From: Entomortierella parvispora E1425
Taxonomy: Eukaryota > Fungi > Mortierellomycota
Reading direction: 5' to 3'
Length of the DNA: 64,000 nt
Assembly (NCBI GenBank): GCA_020891255.1
Contig: BQFW01000008.1
Location: 868,001 to 932,000, forward strand
The translations under genes and the position numbers were made by a program. The notes under the pieces are model-generated. The model searched no databases. It saw only the letters and a list, made by a program, of their open reading frames with translations, and was not told where the DNA came from. Positions 1 through 12,809 of the stretch are shown here, in pieces. How positions within the stretch are numbered: position 1 is the first letter of the stretch; every line of letters starts with the position of its first letter.

Positions 1-2261
1 GGATCAAGAGGTCGACATGGCTTTCCTTATGATGGCGCTCGTACCATTGCGGAAGAGCGACTCGAATTGGTCAAAGTTCTCAAACTTCTCATCGGCACCC
101 AAGATACCAATCTCGCGGAGCTGACGGTTGAGAACCCAGCGGGAAACAACCGACTGCACAACATTGGTTCTGTCGAGACAATCCATGCAGTTGGTGCGAA
201 CAACGGATGTCTGCTTCTGTGCAACCTTCTCCTGACCCTCCTTGCTGACTTCTGCCTTGAAGTATCTACATTGTTGGACAATTTCAAAAAGAATAGATTA
301 TGATTAGTTTTTGCCATGACAGTTTGAGAGTCTATTTTGGTGGCGTCATGGTCACACCCTTCATTCGCATTAACGGATGCACCTACCCCTGGGAGACCAG
401 CTCCTCGTGAAAGTGGTCCAACAACAAGGAAACACGGTGCCACTTCATCTTGCTGCACTCGTGGTGGAAATCGAAATGATGGTACTTGATATCAGCATCG
501 TTCAAAGTATCAATGTGCTTCTGGAATGCAACGCCCATGGGTCCTTCGTAACCCTTCTTGTTGATAAGGTTGATCACCAACTGTGGTCCGTAGAACTGTT
601 TCTGCGTCTCAAAATGCTTACTGAAGGAGTTTTCCTAATATGAATTGAAATGAAATGGCGAACTGTGAGATGTTTGCTCCTTTGAACACCCTACGGGGAA
701 ACGTTATCCTTGACAGATCTCCAAAAGTACCTACCGTCTCGGGGTTTTCAAAGATCTTGAGCTTGGGGGTATACTTGACGTTGTTGATCTGGGTCCAGTA
801 GATGGGGATGGATCCACGAGTCTGAACATGAGCAAGAACAATCTGTCCGCCTGGCAAGGCCGAGGCCGATCCTTCCAGTCCCGAGTCAGCAATGACAATC
901 TGCTCCGTCTCGTTAAAGTTGGACACATTTCCTTGAGCATCCACACCGCGAGAGAAGTAACGGGTTCCAGCGCGATGGCGAGATCGACGAGAAAAGAGCG
1001 CAAAGGTGAAAGGCTTCTTGTTGATCTCGGCCGTCTTGATCTCTGCGAATCCGTTCACAACAGGCAAGATAAAGTTGCTCAACTAGAATGAAAATATATA
1101 AAAAGAATGTTAATCAAAGGAGCTCTTTGGAGAAAGACTTTGACTGGATACAATCGAATCCAACGTACATCCTGCTGCTTGTCCTCGATGAACTTGGACT
1201 GCAGGCGACGGTTCCAGAAGAATCGCTCATCGGCCTAGCATTGAAAAGAGAGAACAAAGGTGAGCTTGGATCCCATACAGCAGTTGTCACCAAAAAAAAA
1301 AATCGATCCCATGACTTACACGTTCCCAGATGGGCTGCTTGTTGTCCTTCAGAGCAGACTGGCGTTGAAGAGTGTGGGTCAGCTCATATCCATAGGAAAA
1401 GTGGAACTGACCCGACTGGAGATGGGCATGGAGCAAGGACAGGTACGAAGCCTCTTCGTCAACCTAAAGACATGGCAAAAGATGGAGGATGTGTCAGCAT
1501 GATGCTGCTGTAGGTTGTGTGGGCCCTACTTTCTTGGAACTGCCCTCCTACCTGGGATGCAGTCAGAGCGAGGTTGTTGCGCGAGAGAGGCAAGACCTTG
1601 TAGTCCTTGACCTTGTAGATGTCGTGCTCTCCAATGCGTCCAATGTTTGTTCTCTCCGTGATAACAACCATGTACTCGCCTAATACCAACGTCGAGCCAC
1701 CGCAGAGGAAAGGAAAGAAAGCAAGGAACGGTCAGCTGGAAGCAAAGGGCTCTGATCGATCCATGTTCATTAATGCGATATTTCCAGCAAGGCCAGGATC
1801 AGCCAGCTGTGCCTTTGGCACTCAAAACTCACCAGCCAACAGACGAATAAAGCCAATGACACCAAAAATGTTCAAAACCTCCTCATCGGTGGAGACCTTG
1901 GTGGCGGGAGCTAAAAGGATGCGAAATGTATTGTTAGTGGAAATGGTCGATTCATGCGGATAAAAAAAGGCGATTGCCCTGAGATGTGCGTTTTACAGTT
2001 CAGATGGACAGCTCCATTGCTTCGGTTGATGACAACGTTCTCGGATGCAGCGGAGCCATTAGCATTGACGGGCTCGAGCGTAAAGGTGTCGGCGCTCGTG
2101 TAGCTAAGAGAGGTTGATGAGAGGCACAATGTAGGATGAGTGGAGGTCCATTCATGGCCGACAAGCAGATTGCAAGTTCATCTACATTCGGGGGCAAACG
2201 GCAGGGGCGAAGGTGGTGTCTACATCGAGACTTACAGCTTGAGGGCAGAGTGGATGGCCAT
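1..2261 (-). CDS. SAC1: Phosphoinositide phosphatase Sac1, multi-exon, 3' end runs off the left edge
   Basis: Exons join at GT-AG sites (ATG 2261, MAIHSALKL|YTSADTF...). Sac motifs: ADERFFWN, LFSRRSRHRAGTRYFSRGVD, QTRGSIPIYWTQ, and catalytic CX5RT in RTNCMDCLDRTN. The window starts inside an intron (donor at 44). Confidence 0.95.
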
Positions 2262-2630
2262 TGCGGATGGAGGTGGGAAGGGGGAGGAGGGAAGGAAGCG
2301 GAAGACTGTGAGAGGAAGAAGAGGAACAAGAAGAAGAAGAAGAAGAAGAAGACGACGAAGAAAGAGAGGATGCAGAAGAAAGTGAACGGGCAAGAGGCAA
2401 GAGGCAAAGAGTGGCACGAGCACGAGGGAGAGATCGCCTTGTCTGGGCTGATGGCTGCTGTTGCACGGAGATTGTGCGCTCGTTTTCTGTTTCTTTTTTT
2501 CCTTCTTCTTTCATGTGTAATGCTTTCTTTCTTCCTTTGTGATCACAGCCACAAGTCAATCCCTGTTCCTGTGCTTTGTTCCTGCTGGGAAGAGTGGGTT
2601 GTTGCTGGGAGGGGAATGGCACGCTGTCAC

Positions 2631-2658
2631 TGCCTGTCTGCCTGTCTGCCTCTCTGCC

Positions 2659-2694
<36 letters not shown>
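2631..2694. repeat. (TCTG)n microsatellite in the SAC1/KGD1 divergent intergenic region
   Basis: Tandem TCTG/CCTG units are directly visible. Confidence 0.9.
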
Positions 2695-3043
2695 GGTTGG
2701 TCTGTTAAGCTGCACCATCGTGCACGCACAGGTCAGTCAGGTCAGGCTGTTCTGTCAGGCACCTGCCAGGTGCTGCCATTTGTTCGAAAGACGTGATTGC
2801 CAGGTGCAAGGATCAGCGTAAAGTGAACTTGCAGGAATTGCTCCCATCCTGGTTCCTCATATGAACATACCCCAACTGCTCCCCCAGGACGGTACTGTAC
2901 TCCACCGCGCGGTCACCGCAGAGCCCTCTCATTGCATTGATTGTCATGTAAATAGTGGTTGTTGGCACAGACCGACCGACCAACAGACCGACCGACAGCA
3001 AGCACGGGAACAGGCACAGGCACAGTGTCTGTGCATTGACGGA

Positions 3044-3092
3044 AGAAGGAGAGAGAGGAGAGAGAGAGAAGAGAGAGAGAAGAGAGAGAGCG
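3044..3092. repeat. (GA)n-rich simple repeat
   Basis: Run of GAGA/GAAGA units. Confidence 0.8.
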
Positions 3093-3810
3093 AGGTGACA
3101 AAAAGAACACCACCTTTCTCCACAGTGAGGTGTCCCATTTCACACTCACACACCCCAAACACAGCACAGACACACAACAAATTGCAATCGACATCATGGA
3201 CCAAAGGACGACTAAACAGCGCTAGCAGACAGTATTGCAGTAGAAGGAAGTACTGTAGAAGGAAGGAGTCAGTTGAACAACGCAACTGTCCTCATCCACA
3301 TCATCCACATACACCATCCATGTACACCATCCACATCCTTCGGGCAGTAAGCAACCAAGGGATCGACCCAAGATCGGCTTCGATGGAAAAGGAAGTCTGA
3401 CGGTGCTTCTCCGCCTTTTTTTTTTTTTTTTTTTTTTTTCAATGTCAACAAGAGACGAAGAGGCCCAACGACCAACGACCACCGACCAACGACCAACGAC
3501 GCACCAGCAAAAAACGGACGGACGACGAAAATGACACACCCTTCCAGAACCCTTTCTTTCGGGTCTGTCTGTCAATACTCAATAAAAGCGTTCGCTGCCC
3601 CTCCTTTCTTTTTCTTTTCTTTTCTCTTTTTTAATCTAATCTAATCCCCATCCCTCAGTTCTTCCTGATCAGATCATCGTCTGTCAGTTGTTCATTCCCA
3701 TCTCCTTTTTGATCCGTCTTTGCATTGTCCATTCAATGCACCTGTGATCTACTATTCTCCCTTCTTTCTTAATCCCTCTCTCTTCTCTCTAATCCTCCTC
3801 TCTCTTCACC

Positions 3811-6800
3811 ATGCCTTTCCCTCTGGCTTCCCTGGCTCGCGCCTCCATCAGGCCCTCGGCCCTTTTGGTGCGCTCTTCTTTGGCAAAGACCACTGCCCCT
3901 GTTGCCACCCTCATGTCGATCCGTAAGGCCTCGACCAACGCTGCCCTCAAGGAGGAGCAGCCCGCTGCCAAGGATGCCTTCCTTCAGGGCAACTCGGCCA
4001 GCTACGTCGAGGAGATGTACTCTGCCTGGCTCAGAGACCCCTCCTCTGTCCACCTCTCGTGGCAGATCTACTTCCGTAACCAGTCCAACGGCATGTCCTC
4101 TTCCCAGTCCTTCCAGGCTGCTCCCACCATCCCCCCAAGCGGCGGTGTTCCTTCCCTGGTTCCTGGTTCTCAGGTCGGATCCTCTGATGTCATTGACCAC
4201 TTGAAGATCCAGCTTCTTGTTCGTGCTTACCAGGCTCGTGGCCATCATGTGGCCCGCCTCGATCCCCTGGGAGTGAACAAGGCCGATCTCCGCGGAGTCT
4301 CCCCCCGCGAGTTGGACTTGACCCACTACGGATTCACCGAGAAGGATCTTGACCGCTCCTTCTCTCTCGGACCCGGTATCCTCCCCGGCTTCCTCGACAA
4401 CGGCAGCAAGCAGACCCTCCGTGAGATTGTCGACCACCTCAAGACCATCTACTGTAAGCAACTGGGCAAAAGGAGGCAGCTTCCGCCACCCCAATGAGCG
4501 GTTTTTCTTTATTTGTATTTCTGGTCTGTCCATTTTGGGTTTCCGATAAAGGATGCAAAGAGCAGGAAGGCAAAGAGATCGACAGGACAAAAAGACATTC
4601 TCTGTGCACACCCTGGACCCATGGATCGGCATTGAGAGTGAGGGTTGGAGAAAAAAGCACTGCGCGGACCTCCTCTTTGACCGTTGACCGACCGACGATA
4701 ACATGGCCACGGCCACGGGCAAATGGGAGTCACCGCTCATGTTTCGCTTGCAGGTTCCTCCCTCAGGGACGGACCTGTCCGGATCCGTCTGGGTTTCGAA
4801 TGTTCGATTATTTTTGTTTTTTTGGGGGTCAGACTGCCGTCCTGACCACTTCTTGTTTTCCTTTGAACGCTCCTCCTTGTTAGGCGGCTCCATCGGTGTC
4901 GAGTACATCCACATCCCCGACCGCGAGCGCTGCGACTGGATCCGCCAGCGTGTCGAGGTCCCCAGGCCCTACAAGTACACCATCGAGGAGAAGGCCATGA
5001 TCCTTGACCGTATGATCTGGTCCGACTCTTTCGAGCGTTTCGTCGCCTCAAAGTACCCCAGCGAGAAGCGCTTCGGTCTTGAGGGAGGCGAGAGTTTGAT
5101 TCCCGGCATGAAGGCCTTGGTAAGCACCCCCCGGCCGAGCTTTGTTTCTTATCTCCGGCTTGATGGAGGCCAGCCAAAGAAAAAAGATGAGATGGTTGTG
5201 TCGTCTTTTCTCTTTTTGCCCTGGTCTTGAGAGCAGCCTGAACTTTACTACACCCGTGGCCTGTCCTAATATGGCCTTCCCCACGGATAACATTCTTCCT
5301 GGACACTCACCCACCTTTTACTTTCTTGCGGCTACTAGATCGACCGCTCCGTCGAGCACGGTGTCGAGTCCATTGTCATGGGTATGCCCCATCGTGGTCG
5401 CTTGAACGTCCTCTCGAACGTGGTCCGCAAGCCCCACGAGTCCATCTTCTCCGAGTTCAGCGGCAACTCTGCCCAGGATGGCTTCTCTGGTGATGTCAAG
5501 TACCACTTGGGCATGAACTATGAGCGCCCCACTCCTTCGGGCAAGCCCGTCCACCTTTCCTTGGTCGCCAACCCCTCGCATTTGGAGGCGGCCGATGGTG
5601 TCGTTCTCGGAAAGACCCACGCCATCCAGCACTACATGGATGACAAGGAGCGCACCCGCTCCCTCGCCGTCTTGTTGCACGGTGATGCTGCCTTTGCTGG
5701 ACAGGGCGTCGTCTACGAGACCCTTGGATTCATGGATTTGCCTGCCTACTCGACTGGAGGTACCATCCACATTGTCGTCAACAACCAGATCGGATTCACC
5801 ACCGACCCCCGTTTCGCCCGCTCCACCGCCTACTGTACTGACATTGCCAAGTCCATCAACGCCCCCATCTTCCACGTCAACGCCGATGATGTTGAGGCTG
5901 TCAACTATGTCCATCAGTTGGCCGCTGACTGGCGCAAAGAGTTCCACACCGACTGCGTTATTGACCTTGTCTGCTACAGACGTCACGGACACAACGAGAC
6001 TGACCAGCCCAGCTTCACCCAGCCCATCATGTACAAGGCCATCAACAACCAGACTCCTGCCATGGAGAAGTACATTGACCAGCTCGTCAAGGAGGGCTCC
6101 TTCAAGACTGAGGAGATTGAGGAGATGAAGAAGCGCGTCTGGAACATCTTGGAGGAGAACTACGACAAGAGCAAGGACTACAAGCCCAAGAGCAAGGAGT
6201 GGATGACCAGCTCGTGGCACGGATTCAAGTCGCCTGCTGAGCTCGCCTCGGAGATCCTCCCCACTTTCCCCACTGGCGCCGCCATCGAGACCCTGAAGCA
6301 CATTGGTGACAAGATCAGCTCTACCCCTCCGGGCTTCAAGATCCACTCCAACTTGGCCCGTATCATGAAGGCTCGTGCCAAGACCATCGAGACTGGTGCC
6401 AACATTGATTGGGCCACTGCCGAGGGTCTTGCCTTTGGTACCCTTCTTCAGGAGGGCAAGCACGTCCGTCTTGCCGGTCAGGATGTCGAGCGTGGTACCT
6501 TCTCTCACCGCCACGCCGTCCTCCACGACCAAGAGTCCGACAGCCTTTACACTCCCTTGAAGAACTTGGGACACGGTCAGGCTGCCTTCTCGGTCAACAA
6601 CTCTTCCCTTTCAGAGTTTGGTGCCCTTGGATTCGAGCTCGGATACTCTCTCGTCAACCCCAACTCTTTGATTCTCTGGGAGGCCCAGTTCGGTGACTTT
6701 GCCAACAACGCCCAGTGCATCATTGATCAGTTCATTTCCTCTGGAGAGACCAAGTGGCTCCAGCGCACTGGCTTGACCATGTTGTTGCCCCACGGTTACG

Positions 6801-7552
6801 ATGGACAGGGACCTGAGCACTCTAGCGCCCGTATCGAGCGTTACCTCCAAATGTGCGATGACAACCCCAACCAGTACCCCTCGGAGGAGAAGATCTCGCG
6901 CCAGCACCAGGACTGCAACATGCAGATTGTTTACTGCTCCACCCCTGCCAACTACTTCCACGTGCTCCGTCGCCAGATCCACCGCGACTACCGCAAGCCC
7001 TTGGTGGCCTTTAACTCCAAGTTGCTCCTTCGTCACCCCATGGCCCGTTCGACTTTGGAGGATATGTCTGGCAACTCTGCCTTCCAGCGTTTCATTCCCG
7101 AGGTTGACTCTGAAAAGTTGGTCAGCGATGAGAAGATCAAGAAGCACATTCTTTGCTCTGGTCAGGTCTACTATGCTTTGGTCAAGGCTCGTGAGCAAAA
7201 CAAGATTGACGATGTCGCCATCTCTCGTGTCGAGCAGTTGAACCCCTTCCCCTATGACCGTGTCAAGGAGTTTGCTGACAAGTACCCCAACGCCGAGACT
7301 GTCTGGTGCCAGGAAGAGCCTTTGAACATGGGCGCCTGGGCTCACGTTGCTCCCCGTATCCGCACCTCCCTTCGCGAGACTGCCAACCACGCCAACAAGG
7401 AGGTCATCTATGCTGGCCGTGAGCCTTCCGCCTCGGTTGCCACCGGAAACAAGAAGGTCCACTTGGCTGAGGAGTACGCTTTCTTGGCTGAGGCCCTCAC
7501 TGGCGAGGCCAAGAAGCCCTCGGATGTCGTCGGAGGTGTCCCCGTTTTCTAA
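3811..7552 (+). CDS. KGD1: 2-oxoglutarate dehydrogenase E1, mitochondrial; exons 3811-4453, 4884-5119, 5339-7552
   Basis: Ser/Arg/Ala-rich presequence; [38 protein letters not shown]-binding [43 protein letters not shown] introns keep the frame. Confidence 0.98.
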
Positions 7553-9080
7553 ACTAGAGATGTCTATTTATTTCAACATCTTTTTTTTTTTCAACTCTTT
7601 CCTCTCCCTCTCCATTCTTTCCTTCCCACCCATTCCTCCCTCTACGACCATCACTTCACCACTCTCATTCTTATCATGAACAATTGTATATAAAATCTTA
7701 GATTTCATTCACTCTTCTCTCCTTGGGTCGATATAACCTCATGCTACCATGCTTTGCCACGCCTGCCTCAACGAATTAAAATGATCCACAGTTCAAAAAG
7801 TGGCTGCCAGCCATATTTCATGGCGGGCTGCATATATCCACGGAATGAAGGATAACTTGACAAAGTTCATAACCTGACAATCCTCCTGCGTCAACCCCTC
7901 CCCTTGGCTTCTTTTTATGTCTTTTTTGTTTGTTTGTTTTCCTTCATTGTCATAACGGTTCCTGAGGATGGATCACATACATTCAGACTAGGCTGGAGAT
8001 CGAAGGGCTTTTTCGACCTCCTTATTTTTTTTTTTTTGCTGTCTTTTGGTCGTCGTCTCTGTCAAATCTCATCCCACCATGTCACCCTGGGGTGGATCGT
8101 TCACATTTTACGCATTGTATGCATGCAGCAATGCGCCATAGAACAAAGAAAAAGACCTTGTTGTTGTTGTTGATGGCTGACAGACCCCCTCGCTCCTCTT
8201 TTCTCTCTCTTTATCTCCCTCTGGCTCTCTCTCTGTATCTATTTCTCTCTCTCCCTCTTCCTATCCCCCTCCCTTTTCCTTGCTCCTTCCTCCTTACCTT
8301 TGCTTCTCGCGCCACCCCCAATGCCCAAGGAATAACTTTTTTCGTTGAAGGTTGCACAAGGCCCATCATTTCGCCAATTGCAATTGCTTCCCTGTCATTG
8401 AGCCATATCACTGAGCAGACAACCCAGTGTGCACGAGCATCAGGTTTGCGGCGACGCTTTGTTTCAATTCATCTCTTTCTCCACTCGGCTCAACGTCCCT
8501 CTCTTCCACAAAAAAAAAGAGAGCTATGGAGGCAAAGTGTCGTCTTGTTCCTCTCATTCCTTGACAGTAACAGCGCGCGCAAGCACAAAAAAAAAAAAAA
8601 AACGCCCAGCGAACCCTTTTTTTTCAACTCCTTTTGACCATTCACTATTTTCTCTCATTCCCAACATCTTCCTACACACACACACACACAAAAGACCCGC
8701 CCGTTTTGGCCTGGGTCTGGTCCGTTGCAATTCAGACCATCAAAGCTCATCCATCCATCCATTCATCCACCTACGCCCGCTTTGTCCGACGACATTCGCA
8801 GTTCCTGTTCTCGCTGGACGGACGAGTCGATTACTGAAAGAGCGACGAGTGAACTTCTCTCTCCTCTCTTTTACACCTACCTTTTTTTTTTTCCCTGTCC
8901 ATCCCCTCCCGCTCCTTCTCGTTCTCTCTTCTTCTTCTTTGTCTAGTCGCTCGCTCGCTCGCTCTCTTTTTTATTTTACCCTTTTTCGTTTCGTTTCGTC
9001 TCGTTTCGTCAACCACCTAAACTTCGCCCAACGGACACACAGACCGCGATAGACAAAAGAGAAAAAGACGGGATTCAACG

Positions 9081-12000
9081 ATGACCACGAGCAGTGCATC
9101 CGAGCCAGAGACCACCACCGGACTGTCCCCATCCGCCAGTCTCGCACTCTTGGACAGAAAGGCATCGTCTCCCAACCTCGACCGATACAGCACCGCGACC
9201 CTAGAGTCGTCGACTTGCTCCGAGCTGGACGCGTCAACGGACATCGGGTCGAGCTCTGGGACTGCTCCGACGACGGCGACCGCCTTGACAATGGACCAGG
9301 ACGCGGCCTCAGACAAAGAGGACCGCGACTCTACTCGAGGCGTCATCGTCCCCACCAGCCTCCCTGCTACCTTGTCAACCATCGATCCTTCAGCTTCATC
9401 ACTACCATCGCCAGCATCATCATCACTACCACTACCACTACCACCATCATCACTAACGCTCACACCAAACGAAGGCTCAATCCCAACAATATTGCAACCA
9501 GCAACCACACAATACACAGCACCGGCTCTAGACCCCACAATACCCCCTGCTCACCATGGATCACACTACTGGGTCAACGACTCGAGCACAAGAGACAGTA
9601 TCGATTCCGATATTAGGACCTCATCCACAAACGAACACGAGACACTGCAGCAGTTGAAGCAGCTGCAACTGGAGCAGCAGACATCAATAGATATCCATGA
9701 CGATGACCTCACCGCCTCGCAGAGTATACCACCGCCCTTGCCCCACAATGTCGACATGACCATGACCTCTCCGTCACGGCAAACAAAATCACCCCCTCCT
9801 TCCACGTCTTCCACCATGTCTGGCAATCGGCGGCGGATAGCTGAATCGAGCATGATATTGAGCGTGGCTGGATCAGATCACGGAGCTGGATCTAAAGGAT
9901 CAGGATTGAAAGGCGGAACGCTTTCGCCGGCTTGGTCCATGACCTCGATCCCTCGGGACATTAGTGCGACTTATGAGACAGATCCCAACGATGGGAACAC
10001 AGTGTCCAGTGTACCCCCGATAGATGAACGACTCTACGGACTTGTGGACAGGTACGGAAATGGATATAAAGATATACGAAATACAATGAATGACACTGTA
10101 TTCTCTTTCAATTGGGATATTGCGTAGAGAGGGACTGGAAAGACATACTCACTCTTGGAGCTGATCTGCTCTCTTTTTGTTAGATATGGATTCTTGGTGG
10201 AGGAAGGGCGGACGCCCACAGCAGAAAAAAGTGGAGGCGAATCTTCCACGTTGTCCTCATCTCAGAGATCCGTGCGTACGTCAGATGATATGAGGTAAGC
10301 TAAAAAAAGGGCATGGCAGGATTTGCAGGATTGATGAAAGAGGAAGGGGAATGAAGGGGTTAGAGAATCAGTCTTCTGTCCTGTTTCTGACTGACGCGAA
10401 AATTTCATTTTGCCTGTTGGACCTTTAGAAAACACACCAAAGCGGTCGAGAAGGAACAGGAGAGGAGTCTAAAGTGGGCTCGGATGGCAAAACGACAACC
10501 CGGCCAGATCGAGATTGAATATATTTTTCCAGAGAGTTCAAAGGTATCCCAAAGGACCCAAATGGCTCGAGTGCACTCGAAAAGAGTTGCTTGGGCTGTT
10601 GTTTCGCCCTGCTCACTCATTTGATTCTAATCGACCTTCAATTGCGCTGTCTCTGATGATCCAGTTTGTCTCGAGGATATATAAAGGCGTTCCTGACTGT
10701 TGGAGAGCTGCGGCCTGGTAAGCTATTGGAGGCTCTACTTGAAGTAGACAGGGTGATTCCGATCAGTAAGGAGACCTTTTTTTCTGGTAGTCTGACCGGT
10801 ACGATACTATGTTTGCTATTCTTAGGAGTCATCTTATTCAAAAGAGATCAAAGGATTTTGAACCAAGCATCCGACGGATATACCACGTAAGAACATTTTG
10901 GACGGACTCTGAGGAAGCTGGAGAGGGGGCTCTCCTTCTCTCTCTCACTTCATGCATGCACCTCCATGGCGGTTTCTGATTTTCGTTTCGTCTGGATCTC
11001 GCTCTCTAGGAAATGCTAGAGATATCATCACCAGAAGAAGAGCAGATCGATCTGGATATACCAAGGTAAAAGAGTTGTTCAGAGCCAGGATAGTCATTGG
11101 AATAAGGACTGGCCAGGGCACATTATAACTAGACCTCTACACTTTAACTTGATAGAACAATGCACGGCCACATCATGTTTCGAACACGCTTTGGACCAGG
11201 GTACGCCTGGGATGCATTTGAATGCCACAATACACAAGTGGCCTCCGACCCATTATACTGACTGCATGTTGCACTTTCTCTGCGAAATAGACAGTGCTCT
11301 CTGTTCAAGGTGCTGAAAGCCTATTCCAATTACAATCACAAAGTCGGATACTGCCAAGGCATGGCGAGCGTAGTAGCAATGATGTTGACGTTTTTTGATG
11401 AAGAGGTGAGTCAAACTTTTATACTGTGTTAATGCGCAGAAACTGGTGCAGGCTAAATTCGACTGGCCATTGGATCGGCTTCACCCCATGTTTACTATGA
11501 CTTATGACTAAATACTTCTTGGTTGCTTTTTAGAAAACATTTGTACTTCTGGCACAATTATTCGAGCGGTACCATGTCAACGACCTCGTAGTTCCTGGAT
11601 TCCCGGCTTTGTTTGAGGCGTTTTATATTCAGGAGGAGCTCACAAAACTCTATGCCCCAAAGGTGTTTCAAGCACTGGTAAGGCTTCATTGCCTTGTCCT
11701 TAAAGTGGCATATATGAATTGTACTCGAAATCTTCAATGCTAAACAATAGGAACATTGGTTTTTTTATTTTTGTTATAGGAAACTATGGGGATTGCCACT
11801 CCAAGCTATGCTTCCCGGTGGTATATTACCCTCTACTCTGCAGGCGTGGTTCCCTATCGGACTCTTTTGCGGATATGGGATGTATTCCTGCTAGAGGGAT
11901 TCGACTGGCTTTATTTTATGGCCTTGGCTCTGCTTCAGTATCATGAATGTAAGCTCTTTTGCTTCATTTAGCTCAAGCCCCACTTCTTGATCCCGTTGAG

Positions 12001-12228
12001 CCGAGTTCTGATCAAAAATTCCCTTTTTTTTTAATAGCTTCCCTTATTCAAAACAACTTTGAACGCACCATGGAAATGCTGAATGCAAAGATGGATATTC
12101 AGGACGATGAACGGCTTCTTCGGATTGCACACGATCTACTCAAGAAGGCTCGGCGGACCAATATAGTAGCACGACTCAAGCGATCATACGCCAGCAGCCA
12201 GAAACAAATCCGAGAACGCGACACCTAG
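9081..12228 (+). CDS. TBC-domain Rab GTPase-activating protein with long S/T/P-rich N-terminus, about 11 exons
   Basis: Spliced exons give DRYGFL, KGVPDCWRAAAW, Arg finger QIDLDIPR, Gln finger VGYCQGM, YASRWYITLY, LRIWDVFLLEG. Confidence 0.92.
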
Positions 12229-12809
12229 AAAGAAGCAGACAGAAAGAAGAAAGAAAAAAAAAAGAACGGCTGGACGTGTCGCTCGCGGATCCTCCTCTCC
12301 CCTCTCCTTCCCAAACAAACAGAACTTTGAATGAATGACTGTAAGGAGGAGGAAGAAGAAGACAAAAACTCGATGGTCCACCAAAACGACAAGAGAGGAG
12401 GGCAGGAGAGGATTCTTTCCTATTGTTGTGTATATCTTTTGTTTGTATTTTTGTACTCTTGCCATCTACATCTACCCTAATTAATTAGCCACCCTTCACG
12501 AAACAACTGCACTCGGACGTACGCAGTTATGACACCCTTATGAAATCATGACCCCTCACTGCCTTCCACAGGCCAGACAACCCACCACCAACACGCCAGC
12601 GTTGGGCAGAATGAGGGGCGTGGGACCACAAATAAAACTAGAGAAAAAAAGGCGAAATTGGTGGCAAGGCAGTTGTCTCTCGATCCCAGTCACAAAAATG
12701 AAGTGTGGCCAGCAATGGTGGCAAACGAACACATGCTCTTCTTTCTTTTTCTTTTTTTTTTCCTCTTCTCCATTCACCATTTCTCCATCTCCATCCTCCC
12801 CGCCATTCC

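Noticed and set aside
2136-3720. Many ORFs in the SAC1/KGD1 intergenic region
   Set aside because: They are generated by microsatellites and homopolymers, giving low-complexity translations.
4454-5338. TPP riboswitch in KGD1 introns
   Set aside because: The CTGAGA / ACCTGAT / GCGxAGGGA consensus arrangement is not present.
5318-7462. Long antisense ORFs (418 and 283 aa) opposite KGD1
   Set aside because: Same in-register codon-bias shadow of a highly expressed gene.
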